A stretch of DNA of 64,000 nt. Origin: Histomonas meleagridis 2922-C6/04-290x. Taxonomy: Eukaryota > Protista > Parabasalia. Location of the stretch: assembly GCA_020184695.1 (NCBI GenBank), contig JAANOX010000144.1:248001-312000 (forward strand). Reading direction: 5' to 3'. Every line of letters begins with the position of its first letter. Position 1 is the stretch's first letter. The notes under the pieces were generated by a model. The model was given only the letters and a program-made list of their open reading frames with translations. It ran no database searches and was not told where the DNA came from. Positions 55,719-64,000 of the stretch are shown piece after piece. Made by a program: the position numbers and the translations under genes.

Positions 55719-58700
55719 ATGAATGAAAATAAACGTATTATATACAATTTTTTGAACGGAGTTTGTTTGAACGGATTTCAAATGGAAGCTCATCAATCCA
55801 TGAGGAGCCAAAGCCCATTATCATACCTCCCTCCTCCTTATGCAGTGAAGGATGAAAAGGCATTTGATATGTGGTCTTGGTTCTTAAAAGAAACAAAAAA
55901 AGCTTTTAATGATAATGATTTTGTAACCATTTACAAATTATTAAGAGAAATTGAATCAACATTTCCAAAACAATTAAAATATCCCGAAGAGCTTCGAAAA
56001 CCAGTTATTGAATTGTTATTCGAAATTGGCACCACTTTTCCCGTTAAAGATTACATAACACAAATTGCATGTTTTACTGTTATGCAATCAATTTTTTGTA
56101 GTTTACAAAGACCTATTCCAGGTTTAACATTATCATGGAAAAAGATGTATGATTTTGTTAACTTTTTATATTTTGAATCAGAAATAACACCATTAGTTTT
56201 AAAAGATGGTTCTTCAATTGAAGTTTTAGAGTACACGTACTACATTTCCAAATACTTTACAAAAGATTCAGTTGATGAGATCATTGATTTTATGCTTCCA
56301 AAAATATCCACATATGGATATAACTATAAAACACAACTTACTATCTTTGCACGATTCTTTCCATCTGTCCAATTTGATGTAACCAAGCTCATTCCTCTTT
56401 TTAACACAATGTTTACAGATTTTTCATCCACGCCTGTAATAAACGGTCTCCTGGCACTTTTGCAAAAAGTCATCGAAAACAATTTTAATGAAGATTATAA
56501 TTTTGTTTTACCTAATGTTATGCATACATTTAATTATATTTTTCTTGATAATATCAACACAGATTTATCATTATCAGAGAAAACGTTTGAATTATTAGAA
56601 GGTAATTCAAATCAAGACACATTAATTGTTCGGCTAGCTCAATGTTTAATCTTATTAATGCTTTCACCTAAAACACGTTCTAAAGCCATTGAACAATTTA
56701 CCTCTATATTTAAGATCATTCGAATGAAAGGCATTTCTAAGCCATCATCATTATATGACTCAAACATCATTGATTTTTTAGAAGCATTAGTTAATTCCCT
56801 CAAGAAATATATACGTGAATTTTCATATGAAGATAGTTTATTTCCAAATGATTCATATCCTACAGAAGAAGAAATCCATTTAATTTTAAAGCCTATAGTT
56901 GATTGTCATTTTATATCATTATGTTTTTATGGGTCATCACGATCATTACCATTAGTTGAATTTGTACGAACAGTAAATGAAATTGATTCCACAACAATTC
57001 CACGATATTTCGAGTTAGCTTTACAATGGATATCTTTAACAGATGCTGAATCGATAGCTAAACAAGGGTGGTATGTAATGACTGCTGTAATAATTAGGTT
57101 ACAAGAGTTCCCACAATTTGTACAATATTTCGAACAAATATTCGAATTAGCTGTAACTATATTTTATTTCCCTGAGTTACAAACACCAATTGCATCATTT
57201 TTCTTTGCATTATTTTCTGTGTTTTCATTCGATTCTAAAACATTACCAAATGAATTAAAACATATCGACTTAAAAAACTTGGCAATTAAATATGTTACTG
57301 CATTTTTCGATGCAGGACGTTCATATCCTTCATTAAATGATAAATTCGCAACTGTTGATTTATCATTTTATAATATATATCAAATGGGTTTCGAAGTCTT
57401 TTTTTCAAATGCTGAAGAATCGATTTTCGATGTATTATTACCATTACTTTTAACTTATTTATCTGATTCTACAATAATGCATTGTAATTTTTTAGGGAAA
57501 ATTTATTCATCATATTTCTTACATGCGAAACGAGAAATTCAAGAAAAATTAATTACAGCAGTTGAGAAGAGATTAAAGAAAACTAATGATCTATTAGAAA
57601 TCAAATATTTAATATTTAGATATGGATCATTTATATCAATATATTCACAAAATGAAGATGAATTAAAAAAGCCACTTGAGTTTTTAGCATCATTTACTAA
57701 GGATTCAAGAAGAGATATTCGAAAAGCAGCATGGGAATCTATAACGAATAGTTTATCACCATTTTCAACAACTAAAGTAAATGTTATACCATTAGTTAAT
57801 AATCCTAAGTTACTTAAAGATTATAAATATGAATTTTATCAACATCCAACAGCTGCCAATTTTTATTCATTATATTTATTTTATCCAATTCTTGATAAAC
57901 TTTTAACTTCAAATGATTCTAAAGAAATAATAGAGACATTAAAAGAAAGTACTAAAGCATTATCAGGTGTATTAATGTGTATTCCTTATGTAAGTGATGG
58001 TGATATAACAACTATTCCAATATTATATCAAAAATCCCCATATTTCATTAAGGAATTAATCCAAGAAAGAAATGAATTTAAAGATAAAACATGTGAAGTA
58101 ATTTTAAGATTAATGAATGATTTCCCTGATAATCAAATCATATTAAGGAAATCAATGTGTTTAGCAAATTATTTCTTTTCTTCTTTACCGAAAATATTTG
58201 AAGTTAATAAGTTTTCTAAGTTATTTATTCAATCATTATTTGGTGTATCACCAGTACGTAAAGGTTATAATCGATTTGAATTAATATTTAAGTTTTCACA
58301 TTATATGAAAGTTCGAAGATTCCAATGTTTTATTCCCGTAACAGAAAACATTAAGAAACTTGTTAAAAAAATATTTCAATTAGGATTTTCAGCTTATCAT
58401 TCATTACGTACAGAAGCATGTATTTTCACAAATAAAGTTATTAATGAATATCAACCAATCATTATCGAATGTTTGAAAGAAACAATGCCTAAATTAATGA
58501 GTATATCAATTGATGAATTAAATGATTTCATTACTTATCATGGAATATTTAACTTAATATATCAAAGGGATGAAATGATATGTCAAATATTATATCATTT
58601 ATGTTCACATTTCGATGTTGATGAACAAGAAACATTTGAAAATTTAAGGACTTTTGTATCTTCTGCTGTTGAATGTTCATTTCCTTGTGGAATACCTAAA

Positions 58701-60623
58701 GAACATTCTAAACATTGGGAAGATTTATTACAAAAAATCATCAAATTAATTAAAGACGAATCATTTACACATAGAACTATGCATATGTCTGTAGTATATA
58801 TAGTTGCAGCATCATTAAAACATTTAATTAATATACCACAAGAACTTATTGATTATTTAATAGAACAAGTTCAATCAGAAGAAGAAATTATTTCATCAGA
58901 AGCTAATGCTGCATTATGTGTCATTATAAAGCGCAAACAAAAATCAACAAAAACTAAAAAGAAAATAACAAAAGATATAAAAGTTAATGAGTTACCATCA
59001 CTATTAATTGATGATAAACATGATGAACAACTTAAAGAGTTAACAGTACCAGAAATTATTTCCACGATACAAAATGAAGGAAATAATTTTATTTATGATG
59101 AAAATATCGAAATATTTGATTTACCAAGTAATGGATATTTCAAATATTCGAATGAAATCGATATAACTCACGAAGAATTTTGGACGAATTGTCCAACGTT
59201 ATTAACATCATTACCATTAATATTAAAATCATGGATTATTTCCACAGATGAAGTTGATGCATATTCAGATTCATCACATCGAATCTTTTGGAAATTAATT
59301 GCACAAATCATTGGACCGATTTCATTACAATATTTAAGTCCATATTATCATAAGTTATTTGAAGAACAATTAACAGAATCTATTGCAATAGTATTATCAG
59401 ATTTCATGCAAGGATATTTAATGTCATTATCATATTGGAATAGTAATGATTCATTATATTTCCAAAATGATTTCTTAATACCATTTCTAATAATTTCATA
59501 TCAATCAACAAAAACTGTTGACGCTGTTTGTTTACCTTCATTACATATATTAACTGGTATTAACATACAACGACTAAAGCCTACAATTACATTCTTTTAT
59601 AAAAACGCAGAATCTTTACCAAATGGTAATTTAATACGGAAACAAATTTTTAATTTATTTTCCGAGATTTCATTTTTACAATATTCTTTATTCTTTAATA
59701 CTATTGATATGGCTATTAATACTTTTATCATTCCTTATTTCAAAAACATTACAAATTATAACTTTACTGGTATTATCGATATTATAACATTTTATATTTT
59801 GATCATAGAATCAACTTGTTTACCTTTGAACTCTCCAATGTATTGTAAAGAAATGGAAATAAAAAGAAATAATTTAATTTCTCTCGGAAATTTATTATTT
59901 AAAGCTAAAGAAACTCAAAAAACTTCACAACAAATTTTCGCTACAATTTTAAGCCTTTTAACAAATTCTTCTTTCTTAGTTATCGAATCATTTTTACCTT
60001 TGATTTATGAAAACTTTAATCTTGTCATAAATTCATTAAATTCTGCTGATATTACAACAGAAGATTTCCTTGGAAATTCATTCTACTTTTTCTTAGTAAG
60101 CCCTTTCTTTGAATGTAAAACAAACCATGCTATCAATTTGATTGAACTTTCGGTTGGCATTTTGGATACTTTATCTGTGCCGATGCAATTGAAATTGTTG
60201 CGGTATTTGAGAGAAATGATTCAATTGATTTTACACGCCCTTTCAAAAGAGGAATTGAAAAAGTTGTACAAAATTTTTGCAGACTTGGCAAATAACGTTA
60301 AAAATGAAAACGTTCTTTATCAAGTGATTTTACCTTTAGGTTTAATTCTAAAAGTTATTCCTTTAAATAAAGAGAAAATGAGCGTAATGGAAGCTGCTGC
60401 AATCCTTAGAAAGGCAACTTTGTTCGATGAGGTTGATCCTTGTGTAATAAAGGCATTCGAAATATTTGCTTTGGAAATAGAAACTAAACCAAGATCAAGA
60501 ACTTCGTTCTTACAAAATATCGTGCAAACATTCTGGAGATTAAATTCAGGTCATATGTTACCAAATGTCGAAAATGCTTTAGAGAAATATAGGTTACTCG
60601 TGTCGCCATCTTATATTTCATAA
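55719..60623 (+). CDS. PSME4: Proteasome activator PA200/Blm10
   Basis: SPLSYLPPPY start, LTLSWKKMY, long HEAT-like body and C-terminus FWRLNSGHM...LLVSPSYIS resembling PA200; 1634 aa. Confidence 0.8.
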   Translation: MNENKRIIYNFLNGVCLNGFQMEAHQSMRSQSPLSYLPPPYAVKDEKAFDMWSWFLKETKKAFNDNDFVTIYKLLREIESTFPKQLKYPEELRKPVIELLFEIGTTFPVKDYITQIACFTVMQSIFCSLQRPIPGLTLSWKKMYDFVNFLYFESEITPLVLKDGSSIEVLEYTYYISKYFTKDSVDEIIDFMLPKISTYGYNYKTQLTIFARFFPSVQFDVTKLIPLFNTMFTDFSSTPVINGLLALLQKVIENNFNEDYNFVLPNVMHTFNYIFLDNINTDLSLSEKTFELLEGNSNQDTLIVRLAQCLILLMLSPKTRSKAIEQFTSIFKIIRMKGISKPSSLYDSNIIDFLEALVNSLKKYIREFSYEDSLFPNDSYPTEEEIHLILKPIVDCHFISLCFYGSSRSLPLVEFVRTVNEIDSTTIPRYFELALQWISLTDAESIAKQGWYVMTAVIIRLQEFPQFVQYFEQIFELAVTIFYFPELQTPIASFFFALFSVFSFDSKTLPNELKHIDLKNLAIKYVTAFFDAGRSYPSLNDKFATVDLSFYNIYQMGFEVFFSNAEESIFDVLLPLLLTYLSDSTIMHCNFLGKIYSSYFLHAKREIQEKLITAVEKRLKKTNDLLEIKYLIFRYGSFISIYSQNEDELKKPLEFLASFTKDSRRDIRKAAWESITNSLSPFSTTKVNVIPLVNNPKLLKDYKYEFYQHPTAANFYSLYLFYPILDKLLTSNDSKEIIETLKESTKALSGVLMCIPYVSDGDITTIPILYQKSPYFIKELIQERNEFKDKTCEVILRLMNDFPDNQIILRKSMCLANYFFSSLPKIFEVNKFSKLFIQSLFGVSPVRKGYNRFELIFKFSHYMKVRRFQCFIPVTENIKKLVKKIFQLGFSAYHSLRTEACIFTNKVINEYQPIIIECLKETMPKLMSISIDELNDFITYHGIFNLIYQRDEMICQILYHLCSHFDVDEQETFENLRTFVSSAVECSFPCGIPKEHSKHWEDLLQKIIKLIKDESFTHRTMHMSVVYIVAASLKHLINIPQELIDYLIEQVQSEEEIISSEANAALCVIIKRKQKSTKTKKKITKDIKVNELPSLLIDDKHDEQLKELTVPEIISTIQNEGNNFIYDENIEIFDLPSNGYFKYSNEIDITHEEFWTNCPTLLTSLPLILKSWIISTDEVDAYSDSSHRIFWKLIAQIIGPISLQYLSPYYHKLFEEQLTESIAIVLSDFMQGYLMSLSYWNSNDSLYFQNDFLIPFLIISYQSTKTVDAVCLPSLHILTGINIQRLKPTITFFYKNAESLPNGNLIRKQIFNLFSEISFLQYSLFFNTIDMAINTFIIPYFKNITNYNFTGIIDIITFYILIIESTCLPLNSPMYCKEMEIKRNNLISLGNLLFKAKETQKTSQQIFATILSLLTNSSFLVIESFLPLIYENFNLVINSLNSADITTEDFLGNSFYFFLVSPFFECKTNHAINLIELSVGILDTLSVPMQLKLLRYLREMIQLILHALSKEELKKLYKIFADLANNVKNENVLYQVILPLGLILKVIPLNKEKMSVMEAAAILRKATLFDEVDPCVIKAFEIFALEIETKPRSRTSFLQNIVQTFWRLNSGHMLPNVENALEKYRLLVSPSYIS

Positions 60624-61049
60624 GTGAATTTCACTTAATGTGTGTCACTTTCGTGTAATCCATTTAAAGCAAGTCAAAGAAAAATATGCTATTTTACGCA
60701 TTAATTTTTTTTGATTGAACATTTTTAAATTGGGTTACTAAATGTTGTTGAACTTTTGGGGTTAAAGTAATTACCTCCAACGAGTTAATTTTGATTAATA
60801 ATACTAAAATAAAGTACTTTATATTAATTTTAAATGAAAGTGCACATGAGATATTGTGTAACGTGTTTTAAATGAACAAAATATCATAAAATTATGATGA
60901 CAATGTAAGTGACATCTTGCGGAAATGTAGTTACTTTTAATGAGAAGAGAAAAAATGATTCTGTACAGCTATCATTTTGGTAATAAAAAAAGAGATATTG
61001 TGGTTTCTTCTTTTAATAGTTTTCATCATACATAACTAATAAAAATCAT

Positions 61050-61539
61050 TCGGTTCAGTTAATTGAAGACTCAGAATTTTCAGATTCAAAGACATTTATC
61101 AGATCGAATACATACACTAATTTGAACATTTTTACGAAGTCGAATACATGTACAAAATCGCTTCAAAGTGATATAACGTTATCCTTTTCGTATAAATGAA
61201 CAATTTCATTATCATTTACGCATTCATTTGGTATTTATGAGACACAAACGAAATCATTTTCGTTATTTATAATATTTATGATTACACAATTGTTACTCGA
61301 CATATTATAATTATTATTGGAATTATTACACACATATAAGTTATGTTTCAAATGAACCATCGAATGGAATTACGATATCAGCTTTAATCGGAATTATTTG
61401 TGGATCAATTGTATTTGTTTTGATAATTATTGGAATTCAAAACTACACTTCAAAGATTCAATAACATCAAATACAAAATGAAAATGTAAATTATTTAGTT
61501 GCAAATATTGTTAAAGAAGATGAAGATAATTGGCTATAA
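61050..61539 (+). pseudogene. Remnant of a transmembrane surface-protein gene
   Basis: LIGIICGSIVFVLIIIGI TM segment, an in-frame TAA, then the tail YLVANIVKEDEDNWL*. The 5' boundary is approximate. Confidence 0.4.
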
Positions 61540-62125
61540 TAAAAACTAATTTTATAATAAATTATTAAGAATTTATTTTATTTTGGCTCTTTTCATATTA
61601 AATTTTATATATTTTTGCATTAAAGTTTTATTATATTTTGCACGTTGGGAATCCAAATTCATATTACAGAGAGACATGCTAAAAAATCCAAATGATTTCT
61701 ACACTTGTTATCAAAGTAGAACCGGTCCGAAAAAATACTTTCTATATAATATTTTGTTATATATAAAAACATGATTTTGAATATTTTATTTTATCCTCTT
61801 TTTGTTTAATTAATTAAGGTGTGGGATCAGATATTGTGTCCAAGCTTTTGTGTAAAATCCGGATTCACAAAAACCCTTTTGGCATTAAATAACATATGTT
61901 CAAGAGCAAATAATATATTTACCCATAAATGAAAAATCGAGAGATAAACACAGCAAAGACGTTAGAATGTTTCGCTCCATATTCTTCTAAAGTGTGGGTT
62001 AATACAAGAATTATCATTCGTTGACATTTAATACTGTAAGTTTGATCAAACTTGCCATATGATTTAGTGGGAAGATTTTCGGATATTAGGAATAAAAAAC
62101 ATTTAACTTAAATATTTATGTTATT

Positions 62126-63928
62126 TTATTCAAGTTGTTGCATTAATAGTCTTTCAGCTTCGTCTTCTATGTTTTCGGGTTCTTCTGTTTCTTCTGATTT
62201 CTTTCCTTTCCACTTACCTTTATTAACATTCTTTTGATCCTTGAATAGGTTCCTTAAGTATTCTCTCCAACTTTGATATTCTTCTTCTGAAATTGGACAA
62301 TCTGATCCAATGTATTCTAAAGTTTTAGGTTTAATTTCTTCTTTTTCACCTAATTCTGTATCTAAATCATCATCAACAACAGTGTAAAATATGTCATTTT
62401 CTTCTACATTTTCATCATTTTGCTTGGTTGGCATTTCAATTATTTCGTTTGATTTTGATTTTACTGAAATGACTGGTGTTCCAAGCAAACCAAATGACCT
62501 AGCAAATTCATCTTTTTGTTTAACTATTTCATCGAAATTAAAGACTTCTCCGTCATTATGTCTTTTAACGCTTTTTAGGTAAGTTGTAAAAGCTTTAATC
62601 GCGAGGTGCTTTACATCTGAAAACTTTGCTAATATGTCAACTAAATCAGGTTTGATATTAATTAATTCTGATTCTTGAATTTGAATTGGCTTGATGTCAA
62701 CCTTTGCATCAGCAAGCCTTGGGATTATACCGACTTCAGATGGTGCTAAAAACATTAAAGCCTTCCCACCTTGGTAAAAACGCGCAGTACGGCCAACGCG
62801 GTGGATGTAAGTCTCTATCGTCGTGGGGCAGTCCATTTGGATGACCCAATTAACCTCCGGGAAATCTAAGCCACGGGCGGCTACGTCGGTTGTAAAAATG
62901 ACGCCTCGTTCTTTTTTGGCAAAATCTTTACACGTTGTAAATCTGAGTTCAGAGCTTTGTTTACCCGTGAGGTGTAATAATGGAAGCCCTGGCTTAAGAT
63001 GACGAAATGCTTCATAAACATATCGTACCATTTTAATGGTCTCTAAAAATACAATCATTTTATTTGACTTATGTGACTTAAGAAAAGAAAATAACGTGTT
63101 GAACTTCTCACTAATAGGAACAACGGTGTAAAATTGAAGAAGATTATCAGGCGTTGCGGATTCACGTTTTTCTGTTATTAAGACTTGAACTGGACTTTGA
63201 AGTGATATCTTGGAAAGAGCTTTGATGGCTTTGTTGGCAGTGGCTGTAAATAACAACGTTTGTCTGTTTCGTGGAAGTTCTTTAACAATTTGTTTGATAT
63301 CTTTAAGAAATTCATTTCCGAGTAAACGATCTGCTTCATCAAAAACAAGAATTTGAAGATTGTCTGCATTAAAAGTAACAGAACTGTTCATGTGTTCTTT
63401 AAGTCTTCCAACTGTTGCAATCATAATGTTGAGTTGTGGAAGAGCTGCTTGTTCACGCTCAAAATCAAGACCACCAGTTACAAGACCAACACTAAGGCCA
63501 GTTTCAGGGATTAATCCTTTAATAACTTCATAAGTTTGTGCTGCCAAATCACGAGTTGGTGAAATAATTATCGCACCAAGACCTGAATGTGAAGACCATT
63601 TATTTTTCTTAAGCACCTCTATTACCGGTATTGCAAAAGCCAAAGTTTTACCAGTTCCAGTTTCTGCAGCACCAATAACATCTCTTCCACATAAAGAGAA
63701 CAATAAACTTTGTTTTTGAATAGGGCTCATTTTTACAAATTTTTTAGCTCTTAAAGCCTCTTTAGTTGATTTAAGAATTGGCAAAGAGTCAAATTCGTCT
63801 GTTAAATCCGAATCAATATAATTATTTTTAGCTATTTGATTTAATCTATCATTTATTTCATCCACTTCTGCATTGAACTCTTCTCTGATTTGTTGTTTCC
63901 TTTGTTTCTTTATGTCATTTCTTCTCAT
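62126..63928 (-). CDS. DDX10: DEAD-box RNA helicase DBP4/DDX10
   Basis: AETGTGKT, SPTRDLA, FDEADR, TDVAARGLDFP, YIHRVGRTAR, and the DDX10-type GAIIISPTR and HLTGKQS. Confidence 0.87.
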   Translation of the reverse strand: MRRNDIKKQRKQQIREEFNAEVDEINDRLNQIAKNNYIDSDLTDEFDSLPILKSTKEALRAKKFVKMSPIQKQSLLFSLCGRDVIGAAETGTGKTLAFAIPVIEVLKKNKWSSHSGLGAIIISPTRDLAAQTYEVIKGLIPETGLSVGLVTGGLDFEREQAALPQLNIMIATVGRLKEHMNSSVTFNADNLQILVFDEADRLLGNEFLKDIKQIVKELPRNRQTLLFTATANKAIKALSKISLQSPVQVLITEKRESATPDNLLQFYTVVPISEKFNTLFSFLKSHKSNKMIVFLETIKMVRYVYEAFRHLKPGLPLLHLTGKQSSELRFTTCKDFAKKERGVIFTTDVAARGLDFPEVNWVIQMDCPTTIETYIHRVGRTARFYQGGKALMFLAPSEVGIIPRLADAKVDIKPIQIQESELINIKPDLVDILAKFSDVKHLAIKAFTTYLKSVKRHNDGEVFNFDEIVKQKDEFARSFGLLGTPVISVKSKSNEIIEMPTKQNDENVEENDIFYTVVDDDLDTELGEKEEIKPKTLEYIGSDCPISEEEYQSWREYLRNLFKDQKNVNKGKWKGKKSEETEEPENIEDEAERLLMQQLE

Positions 63929-64000
63929 TTAGTCTATGGTCATTGACCAAAATTTCAAAACACATTTCAAAAACGCCGATAGAAATAAACCATATAAACT

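Noticed and set aside
1-64000. Intact transposon or Maverick/Polinton element
   Set aside because: I found no transposase, integrase, reverse transcriptase, polB, capsid gene or terminal inverted repeats.

Overview
This is an AT-rich eukaryotic window, most likely from a parabasalid such as Tritrichomonas. That assignment is an inference from an initiator-binding-domain gene, BspA-type LRR genes, DUF3447-like ankyrin genes, Inr-like TCA(Y)T motifs and a 23-nt GT-AG intron. It carries about 25 ordinary genes: LRR-PP2C, two Myb genes, CCT2, RICTOR, 14-3-3, RPLP1, a compact UBR4, two CAMK-type kinases, glucosidase II alpha, PSMD9, Rac, a WW-MyTH4-RhoGAP, dynein LC8, an IBD protein, a nucleoside hydrolase, a HAD hydrolase, PA200 and DDX10. 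It also carries several decayed surface-protein genes. The standout is in three minus-strand ankyrin-repeat genes (about 10.6-11.4 kb, 12.7-14.6 kb and 50.0-54.6 kb). In these genes the beta-hairpin (D-x-x-G-x-T) of each repeat is not encoded contiguously. Each hairpin codon is an isolated 3-nt block preceded by an AT-rich spacer of exactly 17 nt (typically A...TTT, with no GT-AG ends). I parsed 26 such inserts by hand: 94 spacers and 93 single codons, none a stop. Deleting the spacers restores canonical ankyrin loops (DKFGYT, DADGNT, DNSGWT, DRQGKT) and long open frames. This suggests an undescribed non-canonical micro-intron / single-codon micro-exon system, or an equivalent bypass or excision mechanism. 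The mechanism itself cannot be determined from the DNA.
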